The notes below the pieces were generated by a model. That model worked only from the letters and a program-made list of their open reading frames with translations, was not told the DNA's origin and did not search any database. DNA of 64,000 bases, taken from contig JBHGNT010000012.1 of assembly GCA_043228905.1 (NCBI GenBank), positions 5,084,001-5,148,000 of the forward strand, in the 5' to 3' direction. Within the stretch, counting starts at the first letter, position 1. The number at the start of each line of letters is the position of its first letter. The stretch comes from Azolla caroliniana (Eukaryota > Plantae > Polypodiophyta). Positions 13,832-25,810 of this stretch are shown piece after piece. A program made the position numbers and the translations under genes.

Positions 13832-14600
13832 ACCGACTTTCCATATACAATCATCTACAAATGTAATGAAGTACGGGGAGCCTTCTAGTGATCTCTCAGG
13901 CATTGACCCACATATATCTGTGTGCACGAGCTCTACGGGTTGTCGTATTGTTTCGTAATGGAGACATTGTGGACTTCGAGTCTGTTTTCCATAGCAACAA
14001 TGCCCACAAAATTCCATCTTTACTAGGAGTTTCGAGATGTAGCCAACCGCCATCACCCGATCTAGACCCTAGTTGACCATGCCATAGGCTCGGGTCCATC
14101 TTTTTGGCTACGTTCACAACCCCTTCTAGATTGATCGCCATCATTGGATACAAGTTGTTGTACTTGTGTCTGTTTCCAATTTTCAAGTTTCCACGGCTAA
14201 TCATCCACGTTGACTCACTGAGAGTCGTTCGGTACCCATCTTCGGCTAACATGTCGATGGAGACCAGAATTCTTTTCAGTGCGGGTACATGCCGGACTTG
14301 GTGTAGGACAATTGTGTTGCCATTTGACTGTTGAATTTGTACTTCGCTAATTCTTGCGATTCTGCATTCCTGCACATTGCTTAGTCGGACTGTGTCGTTG
14401 GCGCCGATCGAATAGTTTGAGAACCCTTTGATGTTGGGGGTTATGTGAAATGGGGCATCGGAGTCCAGTAACCATGTGTGTGCGTCTTGCGCATTGTAGA
14501 GGACTTCTCCGATAATTGAGTCCTCTAAGGAGAGGATTTCTCCTGATCGGGTGTCGGCAACATTAACTTGGTTGCCGACTAGAGAGTGGTTCGAGTCGGG
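13832..14600 (-). pseudogene. Fragment of a different copia element (protease, pre-integrase, integrase N-terminus)
   Basis: WLLDSDAPFH-like protease motif, VRHVPALKRILVS, LWHGQLG, CGHCCYGKQ, VHTDICG, FITFVDD. Confidence 0.75.
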
Positions 14601-14719
14601 TCGTCCTCGATTCTGCTCAGATCACCGACCACTCTCCTTCCTCTTGATCGACCAATGTTTGGAAAACAGGTCCCTTTGGATGGAAAGAAGAGTACAAGCC
14701 GAATCGAAACCGAAATTGG

Positions 14720-15022
14720 AAGACTATAATTGTAAATAGTCTAAATGTGCCCCTTGTGGGCTATATCTGTAAATAGCCCAGAAAGTTGTATTGGTATAAA
14801 TACAACTATGGCAAACCTTATGAGGGAGTGATGTATCATTATTGTGATATAGTTAGAACGAGGTAGTTGTCTCTGTAACTATGAGTGAGAGAGAGTGAGA
14901 GAGAGAGAGAGAGTGTAACTTTGTAGTTGTTTGTCAGACGAAGGAGAACTTGAGGTCGTTGCCTCCGAGTTTCTCATTGTACTTCTCCTCTATCTTAGAG
15001 ATTTGTTTTGGAGTTTGTGGAG
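14720..15022 (+). repeat. Family A-related LTR fragment in + orientation, cut by the Penelope-like element
   Basis: TGTAAATAGCCCAGAAAG...GTATAAATA...GGCAAAC, a GA tract and GAGGTCGTTGCCTCC parallel the reverse complement of the family A LTRs. Confidence 0.6.
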
Positions 15023-15868
15023 TGATCCGTAACAAAGTGTCGAAATTGTTGCCTTGAAATGTTTAGCAGGTGCGGCTGATGATAGTATGGTGGATGGAGC
15101 TCGGGGACGGTGTTATGAGCTGGAGGACTTGTATGAACGGGGAGATGACTGGGCCCTATGGTTGCGAATGCTTGTGGTGAGTGGTAATGGCACGGTTCAT
15201 TATTGGCAAAGTGTGGGTTATGGAAAAGAACTTGAGGCCCACCAAAGTTGGGATAAGGTTTAAATGCTTGTTTAACCTCATTAGTTGTGGTGTTGTAGGT
15301 GAAAAGGAGGTTAGATGCTTGGTGATGAGGACATTGCGCTTGTTTGGAGTTATTATTGGAGTAGTGGTTTGGGTTAGGGTGAGAGTTAGGAAAAGGGTTA
15401 GTAGTATTTTTGGAATTAAATTTAGTTTGTGGGTTAGACTTGGGTTCTGGGTTAGGTTTTAGGGTAAAGTTTAGATTCTTTTTGGGGTTGGTTGTGGGAT
15501 TAGAATATTTATTTAGGTTAATATTATGGGGGACAAATTTTTTAGTGTTATTTATCTCGGCTTCTAAGGAGCAATGTACGAGGGACTGTCATAAAACATT
15601 TCGTTATCATTTTCTTCTTCCCCTTCATACATTGTAATGTCTATATCTCTAATATTAGGGTTTTCATATCTATTTTGCTCTCTTGTTTTATCTCTAAGTT
15701 TCGTGGTTGTTCTCTTAAGTGTATCATCAATGTTGTGGTTTAGAGCAAAATAGTCACACATTTTTAGGATTTCAGAGCCGAAATCTTGTAGTAATGTATT
15801 AATCATTTCTTGAATATTAGCAGGCTCAACATATGATGACACATCCTCAAAATGATGGGGTTCTTGAA
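15023..15868 (-). repeat. PLE pseudo-LTR, left copy
   Basis: Direct repeat of 19795-20642 (TGATCCGTAACAAAGTGTCG...GGGGTTCTTGAA). Confidence 0.9.
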
Positions 15869-16453
15869 GGATGTTCGCAAAGTTATGTAGATCTGATCTA
15901 ATGGTATTAGGGAAATTATCTAGGGTTTTAGTATAGGAGTGCACTAGTAAGTCTAGATGTTTAATATAAGTACTTGTTAGATCTTTATTATATTGATTAG
16001 TGAGGGTTAGAAAGTCCTTATGCATGCTATTGTTAATTTCTTCATGATCTACCTTTAGCTTGGGGGGATGAATTCTAAGACTATTAGGGGTTAATTCATG
16101 AGAGTATAAGTTCAACATCCTACTATGAAGAGTTGTTTAAATTCTATGTATACTCTAGTTTTATATTCTTCTAAGTATTTCGAGCAAAATGATGTATTAG
16201 AATATGATACCTTAGTATTGAAAACCTTAGTATCATGAGTGGAGTTGATGAGTGAGGGAGAGAGAATATAATCTCGAGTGCGCTTTTGTGGTCTTTTATT
16301 CACACTACTACGCTTGATAGGGGTCGGTGTAGCCGATGCCATCGCTGCAGACATCATTACCGTGGGATGAGGGAACTCTTCACTAGATGGTTGCCCAAAC
16401 ATTGTCGATGCAAATCCATTGTGGGTTCCTATCTCTGGTGAATGAACCTCCAT
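15564..16453 (-). pseudogene. N-terminal part of PLE ORF1 (frameshifted), second tandem unit
   Basis: ORFs 16112-16453 and 15564-16118 start downstream of the (CT)n tract. The latter shares QEPxHFEDVSSYVEPANIQEMIN and MYEGEEE with ORFs at 19434-20649. Confidence 0.65.
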
Positions 16454-16620
16454 GTGATATGTCGAATCTTTAGTAGTTGTTGGCCTTATGGCCTAAGCAA
16501 GGAGTGCGAGCGTATTTTTGGAAAAAATGAGTGTGAGCATATAGTCTTCAATGGTTGAATAGTTAGGTTAAATAGTACAGTACCTAAAGAATAGTATAAA
16601 AGAGAATAATAGGGGAGGAG

Positions 16621-16623
<3 letters not shown>

Positions 16624-16682
<59 letters not shown>
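16624..16682. repeat. (AG)n microsatellite, ~29 units, in the PLE 5' leader
   Basis: Perfect dinucleotide run read directly. Confidence 0.97.
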
Positions 16683-16686
<4 letters not shown>

Positions 16687-16709
16687 GAATTTCAATTTAT
16701 GTAAGAAAA

Positions 16710-16762
16710 GGTCTTTTGGCAAACATGTTTCTCTCTATATGAGCTCATTAGTGCTAAAGACC
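16710..16762 (-). ncRNA. Degenerate minimal type I hammerhead ribozyme
   Basis: Minus strand reads GGTCTTTAGCA-CTAATGA-GCTC ATATA GAGA-GAAA-CATG-TT-TGCCAAAAGACC: stem I, core CUGAUGA with G>A, stem II, GAAA, palindromic stem III and a GUU cleavage triplet. Confidence 0.72.
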
Positions 16763-17009
16763 ATATACAAAAAATGTGAGAGGGTTATATAAGGGAAGAG
16801 GAAAGAAGAGAGAAGGGGAGTGGTGGGGATGGATGAAAGGGAGAGAGGGGTTTTGAATGTGTATAAAGGAGGATGTGGGAGTTAGGGAGGTAGTGAATGT
16901 AGAAAGGGGTAGCCTAATGAGTTCGATGGGAAGGGATGATTTGGGGATCTATTATATTTAGTTCTAATATATAGATAGCAATAGCAAGTGTGATGTTTTA
17001 ATGGGGATC

Positions 17010-18960
17010 TAATATATTTAGTTTTGACTAGACAAGAATAGAGTGTTTTGGACTTGGTCCAACATATAAAAGGCTTAAGGATGTCTCTTAGTTGGGGATC
17101 TAGGCTAAGGTCGGCGTGTAAGTCTTGTAAAAACGAGTGGATGTCTAATTTAGGGGTGTTTTTAGAGCACCTAAGCTTGAATATGGTAGGTGTAAGGAAG
17201 ATGTGTTTTTATGCTTATGGATGAGAGTATTCCTAAGGGAGAAAGGATGTTTTTTAAAAGCTTTAAGGATGAAATGGGGTGGGTAACCTTGGTTAATGAG
17301 TCTAAGGAAGAAACGTTTTTTCATTTCTAGGTACCCTATATGTGTGCTTTCTCTAACTAAGTAGCATTTTAATTCGTTCGAAATAAAATTTTGTTTAACA
17401 TGTATGGGATGGTCTGAAGAGAAGGGAAGATATTGATAGGAATTTAATGGTTTTTGGAAACAATTGAAAGAGAACTTAGAGTTCTCTAGATTGATCCAAA
17501 TATCCAAGAAAGGGAGCCTAGTGGGGAACGTATGGATCGTAAGTTTAATAGAGTTATTGGTCATAAGGCTATAGAAACTTAGGTAGTCTAAGAGTTGGGG
17601 TTTCGTACTTGTCCAAACCCCGAAAGCATCATCTCTGTACCTAGTAAAATAGAAGAGATGGGGTGTGGTAAATGTGAGTTTTCTAAGTGTGATAAGAAAA
17701 GGCATGCATAGACAATTGAGAAGTTGCTACCCATGGTTGTTCCTTTGATTTGTTGGTATACTTGATTATCAAAGGTTAGGTAGTGATACTCTAGGGTTAG
17801 AGCGCTAAGGGTATAGATAAGATTAGTCTTGGCTAAGGAAAAATGGGGGGAGATGATATGGCGAAGTGCCTCGAGTCCTAACTTAGGGGGGATGCTAGGG
17901 TAAAGGGATTCTACATCAAAAGAGAAGATGCAATTGTTAGGAGGGGGGTTAGTTGTTTTAGTTTCTGGATGAGGGAGTGTGAATCTTTTAGGTATTGTTT
18001 TTGGAGTATTAGGATAGGTAAAAGTTGAAAATGTAGCCATTTCGAGGTTTGCTCAAATATCGAGTTATTATAAGAACAAATGGGTCTAAAGCCAATGGGT
18101 GTTTTATGGAGTTTAGGGAGAAAGTAAATATTAGATACTTGATATCCCTTTAGGGATTTATGGAGTATGTAATTAGCTTCGATAAAGTAAAGTGTTCCTA
18201 GATTTTTTTGCACTATTAAAGTGATACAAGAGTTCTTCTAACGGAAAATGGGTTACTTTTCTATAGGTGGTGGTATCCGAGAGGTGGTTTATAGCTTTTT
18301 CATAATAGGTATATTTGTCTAGAACACATACTCCCATGTTCTTATCAGCTGGAAGAATGATAATTTGCTTGTTATTCCTAAGGCTCTTAAGGGTTGTGCA
18401 AAGGTGAAGTGGTGTCCTAACGGGTTTGGGTTTAGGTTGTTGGAGTTAAGACAAAAGGAGGGTTTCATGTTTTTTAATAATACTTTCAAGAGGGGGATAT
18501 TGAAATGGTGGATTCCAGTTAGGGTTTGGTAGTTTAAATGGATTAAGGCGGGGTGAGTCCATGTCTCTAAAGAAATGTTTTAAACGTAAAGATCTACTTA
18601 AACTAGAAAATTCTTTAAGGATAGTATTACCGAAAGGTAGAGAGGATGGTGGAATGTATTTGAGTCCTAAGCTTAGCATTTGTGTTTCATTTATTGTGAG
18701 GGGGTGTTTAGATAAATTGTGAATTTTACTATCCATTCGAAGGGTATCATTAAGCGGTTTCCAAAATAATTTCGCAGTCTATTACTATTGGATTTTTTCT
18801 GGCGTGGGCGGAAGGGGAAAGATGTATTTGTATTACCTAGCCACATAAAAGTGTCTGAGGTGGAGGTGGTCCTATTAAGAAGATAAAATAGGCGTCTACA
18901 AGGATGCACGATCTGTCTAAAGTGTTTGTTAACACGCTTAGCACGCCGTGCTAGTCGTTT
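17010..18960 (-). pseudogene. PLE reverse transcriptase, frameshifted
   Basis: IHNLS..LSLGLKYIP, ILPADKNMG, YFLPKLHK..FRPICS, FDVESLYPSIP, YQQIKGTTMGSNFS, RYRDD, LPFLD, FQKPLNSYQYLPFSSDHP. No GIY-YIG recognised on either side. Confidence 0.9.
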
Positions 18961-19153
18961 TTTGGTCGGTTAGAAGGTGGGTTCCTATGGTGTGTGGTAG
19001 GGGGAGGATTAGTGGGGTGTGGTGTATTTCTATACTGTTTCTTATTAGGATAGGAGTGGTGGTGTGGTGTGGTGGGTGAAGGGGGTTTTTATATTAGAGA
19101 GGGGATAATAAGAAGGGGGTTTATTAAGATACAAGTGAGGGGTAGAGTATGAG

Positions 19154-20642
19154 TTAGAGGAGGGGGGGTTTCAACAAATGGGGTAAAAAAAGGTGGGGGG
19201 GGGAATGAAAATTAGAAAAAGGAGGGGGAGGGGTAGTATGTGAATTAGGGGCAAAATAAGGGGGGGGGGGGGGGGGGGCATGAGTTAGATTATCAGGAAG
19301 TAATGTAGGGGCATGGATGAGATATGGAAATAAGTGAGAGGGAGAGGTGAGGGGAGGAGGCATTTGTTCATATAGGTTGCCTTCATATGAAGAGAAAGGG
19401 GAATGTGAGGAGGAAACAGAGAAAGGGGAGTAATTAGGGTTCTGAAAATGTGAGAGGTGAGGTTGTTGTGGCCATAGATGAGGGGTTGGAAGAAGGGGCG
19501 ACACGAATGTTTGCCAGCTGCCTTGCGCAGTCCCAAACAACGCGCCATGTAGGGAGGGGGAAGGGTGCACGAGATGGTTGTCCAACACAGTCCCATACTT
19601 GTTTACAATAGGGGGGGAAGGGGGGGGGGGGGGGGGGGAACGAGGGGGACGATTGATGAAAGAGGCCGCGATCAACCACGGTCTTTTGTTGAGTATTGTG
19701 GGGTGGCTGACGTTTCTGTGATGTCCAATTATTGTAGGGCATACCATGTGTACGACGAAGAAGGGGCGGCGGCGGCGGCAGTGGGAATTTTGTCTGATCC
19801 GTAACAAAGTGTCGAAATTGTTGCCTTGAAATGTTTGGCAGGTGAGGCTGACGATAGTATGGTGGATGGAGCTCGGGGACGGTGTTAGAAGACGAAGGAC
19901 TTGTATGAGTGGGGAGATGACTGAGGCCTATCGTTGTGAATGCTTGTGGTGAGTGGTAATGGCGTGGTTCATTATTGGCAAAGTGTGGGTTATGGAAAAG
20001 AACTTGAGGCCCCCCAAAGTTGGGATAAGGTTTAAATGCTTGTTTAACCTCATTAGTTGTGGTGTTGTAGGTGAAAAAGAGGTTAGATGCTCGGTGACGA
20101 GGACATTGCACTTGTTTGGAGTTATTATTGGAGTAGTGGTTTGGGTTAGGGTGAGAGTTAGGAAAAGGGTTAGTAGTATTTTTGGAATTAAAGTTAGTGT
20201 GTGGGTTAGACTTGGGTTTTGGGTTAGGGTTTAGGGTAAAGTTTAGATTCTTTTTGGGGTTGGGTGTGGGATTAGAATATTTATTTAGGTTAATAGTATG
20301 GGGGACAAATTTTTTAGTGTTATTTATCTCGGCTTCTACGGGAGCAATGAATGAGGGACTGTCATAAAACATTTCATTATCAATTTCTTCTTCCCCTTCA
20401 TACATTGTAATGTCTATATCTCTAATATTAGGGTTTTAATATCTATTTTGTTCTCTTGTTTTATCTCTAAGTTCCGGGGTTGTTTCTCTTAAGTGTATCA
20501 TCAATGTTGTGGTTTAGAGCGAAATAGTCACAGATTTTTAGGATTTTAGAGCTGAAATCTTGTAGTAACATATTAATCATTTCTTGAATATTAGCAGGCT
20601 CAACATATGATGACACATCCTCAAAATGTTGGGGTTCTTGAA
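19154..20642 (-). pseudogene. C-terminal Asn/Pro-rich part of PLE ORF1, 5'-truncated unit
   Basis: ORFs 20467-20649, 19434-20405 and 19154-19807. Poly-Pro is encoded by long C runs (G runs on + at ~19261 and ~19611). Confidence 0.6.
19795..20642 (-). repeat. PLE pseudo-LTR, right copy, abutting the tRNA-Pro array
   Basis: Direct repeat of 15023-15868. Confidence 0.9.
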
Positions 20643-21191
20643 AAGGCATTTAGTCTAGTGGTATGATTCTCGCTTCGGGCGCGAGAGGTCTCGAAATCGA
20701 TTCCCAAAATGCCCTTACTTGATCCTCCAAAAAGTCTTCCCTTGTAAGGGCATTTGGTCTAGTGGTATGATTCTCGCTTCGGGTGCAAGAGGTCTCGAGT
20801 TCGATTCTCGAAATGCCCCTTGTTCAATCCTCCAAAAAAAATTCTTTGTGGTATTTTGGCTAGTGGTATGATTCTTGCTTTAGGTGCAAGAGGCCTCGAG
20901 TTCTATTCTCGAAACGCCCCTTGTAATAGTACCCCTTCAATCCCCCCAAATATTCTTCCCTGTGAGGGTATTACTTGAAAGGGCATTTGGTCTGTTGTAT
21001 GATTCTCACTTCGGGTGCGATAAGTGTCGAGTTCGATTCTCGAAATGCCCTTGTTCAATCCTCCAAAATTTATTCTTTGGAAAGGGAATTTGTTCTAGTG
21101 GTATGATTCTCACTCCGGGAGCAAGAGGTCTCAAGTTCGATTCTCGAAATGCCCCTTGTAATAGTACCCCTTCAACTGTCCAAAAGTTCTT
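20643..21191 (+). repeat. tRNA-Pro-derived tandem array, block 1 (~5 units)
   Basis: Repeats of GGGCATTTGGTCTAGTGGTATGATTCTCGCTTYGGGTGCGAGAGGTCTCGAGTTCGATTCTCGAAATGCCCC with short spacers. Confidence 0.93.
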
Positions 21192-24100
21192 TGTAGAAGT
21201 TAATATGCGGAAGCTTATGACAAACCGGTTAAGCCGGATAGCAACAGAGAGAGTATAGGTTTAATGGAAACCTTACAAGACACAGATAGAGAGTGGGAGA
21301 GACAGAGAGAGAAGAATAGCATATAAACTATATTAAAAAACAATACTTTGTACATAGGATGTGCTAAGTGAGCACTCTTTATACAAGTCCACAAGGGACT
21401 GACAGAAGCACTATGTACTTCATACGAGCGGCTGACACTAAGTACGAGGACTATGACTACCTAGTAGTCTAGAAGCGTAGACTTCTAAATGGCCTACTGG
21501 TACACATGTGGGTCTGGCTCCCGAATCCCGATCCGGCTCCTAGTTCCGGATACGATCCGGCTCTCGCTTATCTAGCCGATCTGGATCCGGTTGAGCTTGC
21601 TCGCTCAACACTCCCCCTCAAGCTTAACTTCAGGTTGGATCGTGGTGTTAGTGTCTGGGGCCACCGGTTCTTTCATCCGGCTCCTTCAGACGTCCTCCTG
21701 CCTCGCTTGCGCTCCTCGTCTGGTCCAGTTCCTCCTTCCGTGACCCGTCCGGTTTTGCGCTCCTCGACCTCCTCAGTTGGCTTATCTGCTCAACAGGCCC
21801 ATCTCAGCTCCTTCCTTGCTGCAACTCCGGTGCCATCTTCGTTGCCCTCTAGTTCGCTTGGCCTTCAACAGATTTGGCTTTTCCGAATCAAGTTGTTGAA
21901 CTGAATCGGTTGTCTCCGATTCATTCCAGCTCTTGTCTGAGTTGGTAGTCTCCAACTCGTCTTCCGTTTTCAGGCCCTTCACAACATCGGACCATGTCCA
22001 GGTCTTGGCCTTCTTCTTCCAGTCAACTCTTCTCTCTTGACTTTGTTGTCATCGCTGTTTTCTCCGACTTGTCTGTATGTGTCGACTCCTTCGGTCGACT
22101 CAGCTTCCTTTTTCTTTTTGTCTCCCCGTGTCTTGGTTCTCTCTTTCTCTCCGGCTCCTTGTTTGGTGGCATTACCTGTCTCCATTCTCCCCCTCATGTG
22201 TGACAGGTCGAGATGCTGGAGACCGAGCATCTCCGAGAAGTGTTGTAACTTGTCTGATCCGAGCGGCTTGGAGCTGATCTATGTGAACATACTGAAGTTC
22301 AACTTCACTGCTTAGGACCCGCTCATGCACAAAGTGATAATGAACTTCTATGTGCTTTGTCCGAGCATGAAATATGGGGTTCTTAGTGAGTTGAATGCTA
22401 CTTACGTTGTCACAATAGAATCAAAATCAGGATCGGGGTCGATACCTCGATCTGGAGGTCTTGTAGTAGCCGCCGAAGCCATATAGCTTCACAGGTGGCA
22501 ATGGTAGCGCCCCGATACTCAACTTCCGTGCTCGACAAAGCTACGGTTGGCTGCTTTTTGTTGCTCCATGCAACAACCGCGCTACCAAGAGAAAACATGT
22601 ATCCGGAGGTGGACCGACGGTCCGATGCATCACCAGCTTAGTCAGCATCTATATATCCGACTAGCTTTTTAGTTATATTGTGTCGGTATAACAAACCCTT
22701 ATCCTTACTGCCACTAACATACCGTAGTATCTGGTGTGCACTTTGAAGGTGCTCCACGGTCGGCTTCTGCATGAATTGGCTAATAACTCTGACCGGTTAA
22801 GTGATGTTGGGTCGGGTGATTGTTAAGTAGATAAGGCTTCCGACAATTTGTCAGAACCGTTTCTCGTTGCAGGGTGGTCCGGAGATAGGACATAGCTTCA
22901 GGTTCCGATCTAGGGGTGTGGAGATCGGTCGGCAATCCGTCATGTCGAACTTGTACAACATACTCACCACATAATGTCGTTGTGAGAGCAATATGCCGTT
23001 AGGGGATGGATCACCTCGATCCCTAGAAAATAATGGAGATCCCCTAGGTCCTTCATTTCAAATGCATCCGACAACTAGGACTTCACTCGGCCAATTTCAT
23101 CGAGCCTGTGTCCAATGATCACTAGATCATCTACGTATAGTAGGATACATATCAAGCCATCCAGACCTTTCCGGATGAATAGTGAAGAGTAAGATTTTGA
23201 GGTCACAAAACCCATCTTACGCAACCGGTGCGTGATTTTCGCATTCCAAGCTCAAGGGGCTTGCTTAAGACCATAAAGCGACTTCTTGAGTTGGCACACT
23301 ACCGACTTGTTCATCACTGACTAAAATCCGAGGGGCTGGACCATGTACACCTATTCTTCAAGATCACCTTGAAGAAACACATTCTTCACATCCATCTAAT
23401 GAAGATGCCACCCCCTTTCCGCAGTAACCGCCAACACCACACAGACCGTTGTCATCTTCGCTACCGGAGCGAAGATTTTGTCGTCGTAGTCAATTCCGTG
23501 GGTCTGCACGTATCCCTTTGCCACTAATCGGGCCTTGTACTCATTACTTCACCTTATATACTCACTTACAACTTATCAGTTTACCTTGTTAGGCAGGGTC
23601 AACCAGGTCCCATGTGTCGTTTGCATCTAGTGCCCGCATTTTTTCCTCCATTGCGACACGCCAATTTTCATCTTTCGTTGCTTCTACGTAGCTCTCCGGC
23701 TCACGCACTGCCGCCACCTTTGTCATGTATGCATAGTGATGTGCCATGTACTCATTATATCCATACCTCTTGACGAGGTACTTCTGGCTGGTTGATCGGC
23801 ATAACTTCTTATTAGCCAATTTGAGGGCCCTCTTGGCTGACCGGGACTTCATTTCTGAAAGTCCGTCTTCGTTCTTTCCAGAGTCGGATTAGCTCTGATC
23901 TACCTCATCTCTGCCGGTGTCGTACTCTAGAATCTTCTTCTTTCCCTTTTCCTTGCGTGTGAACTGTCTCCTTGGTTCTTAACACGGGGAGAGCACGGCT
24001 GAGTCTTTGCTGCTCACTGGCTCTTCATCGGACTGGTCATTCCGACTCAGTCGCTCATTTGGCCCACTCATCCGGAACGAGATCGGATTCTCATCTAGAG

Positions 24101-25559
24101 TGTTGAACCCTTCTTCATCTTTTGTCCGGACCGGTTCGGGCTTACTAGCCTCATCCTCTGCTATCGGGTTGAAGTCGAAAATCAGAGTCGGTTGAGCGTA
24201 CCATGATGCCAACTCATCAAATTCGACATCTCGGCTCACTCGAACTTGTTTTGTTCGAGGGTTATAACAATTATAACCCTTTTGTTCATATGAGTAGCCA
24301 ACTAGGATGCACTTCTCCGACTTTGGGTCCAGGTTTCTCCGCTTCTCATCCGGTACATGCATATATGTTATGCTACCGAATATCTGAAGGTGCCTTAAAT
24401 TCAGCTTCCACCCGAAATACAACTCGTGTGCTGACACTTTCTCCCTGATCCGGTTTTGGATGTTGACAACCGTCCTAACCGCCTCAGCCCAGTAGAATTT
24501 GGGCATGCTTTTCTCTTCAAGCATTTCCCTTGTCGCGTTGATAATCGACCGGTTCTTCCTCTCAATCACACCGTTTTGTTTCGGTATGTACCTACAACTA
24601 AATTCTCTCCAAATTCCTTACTACTGCAGATGACTGTTGAATTGGCCAGAAAAATATTCTTTTTCGCCATCTGACCGCCAGCACTTGATCTTCCTATCCG
24701 TTTCTCATTTGACTAAACTTTGCAAGTTCTGGAAACAATTGAAAACTTCGCTTTTCTTCTTGATGAGGTAGATCCACGTATGTCGGTTGTAGTCATCGAT
24801 GAAGGAGAAGAAATATCCGCTCCCGCCAAGACTAACGTTTTGTGTTGATCCCCATACATTCGAATGTATTAGATCGAGCTTGTTATAGCTCTGGTTTCTT
24901 TCGGTGGGGAATGGAAGTTGTCGTTGCTTCCCAAGTTGGCACGCTTCACAAATTTGGGCCTTCTGACCACTAAATCTTAGCAATCCAAAAACAACTTGTT
25001 TCGATTGCAAGTCCTGAAGCCTCCGGTAGTTGACGTGGCCAATCCGCTTCTGTCAGAGATCGATGTCCTATTCGATCTTCTGTCCTTTTGCGAACATAGT
25101 GGTTGTTGAGAATCGACGCTCCGATTCACCTTCACCTCTCGGCCACAACCAAGGAAACACACGAATCGTTGTTGCAGAAAATAGGAAATACAGAGAAAGA
25201 CACGATAACACAGGGATTAACGTGGAAAACCCTATACGGGAAAAACCACGGGAGTGCAAGACTCCAAACCAAAACTATGCACAGAGAAATATACAATGGC
25301 GAGCTGCAAGGCGACGACCCTGAGCTCGCTATCCTCGCCACAGGCGGCGGTATTACACAGAGGCGTCGACCTCTTCCTCTCTCACGCTCTGTCTCTCTCA
25401 CGGCTGCTCTCTCTTCACTCCTCTTGAGTGGAAAAACAGAAAAATGAGCAACAACACCATCTGTTTGCCCTAAGTCATATTTATACACATATGACTTTCG
25501 GGCTATTTACAATTATAGCCTCAAGGGCCCTTGGTAAACATATTCACAAATATGTCCCC

Positions 25560-25745
25560 GCATCCGGATCTCTCTCTCCGGGTACATTCGTCATCCGGCT
25601 CCGTAGCCGGGGTCTTCATCATCCGGCTCCGTAGCCGGGATCTTCATCATCCGGATCCGCAGCCGGGGTATTCGTCATCCGGCTCCGTAGCCGGGGACTT
25701 CATCATCCGGCTCCGTAACCACAACCGTAACCGTAGCCGTAACAG
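25560..25745. repeat. Tandem ~27-bp repeats in U3 of the A1 LTR (mirrored at 30370-30555)
   Basis: About five copies of CATCCGGCTCCGTAGCCGGGGTCTTCAT plus short CCGTAR repeats. Confidence 0.85.
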
Positions 25746-25810
25746 GGATTGCCGTCATTCATCTCCGGACATCCCATCCGGAGGGACCGAAATCCCAACA
25801 AACTCCCCCT

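Larger units (their letters stand above)
15023..20642 (-). mobile_element. Penelope-like element (PLE), partial tandem with pseudo-LTRs, no visible endonuclease
   Basis: ~850-bp direct repeats (15023-15868 and 19795-20642) without TG..CA, PBS or PPT. PLE-type RT and a hammerhead-like motif. Period 4772 bp. Confidence 0.88.

Noticed and set aside
19154-19807. Host extensin or formin-like gene, or a functional link between poly-Pro and the tRNA-Pro array
   Set aside because: It lies inside the PLE unit. The poly-Pro runs are largely CCC codons, not the cognate codons of the TGG/CGG anticodons in the array.
15023-20642. LTR retrotransposon reading of the 850-bp direct repeats
   Set aside because: No TG..CA, PBS, PPT, TSD or integrase. 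The RT is PLE-type and the repeat is coding sequence from a partial tandem.
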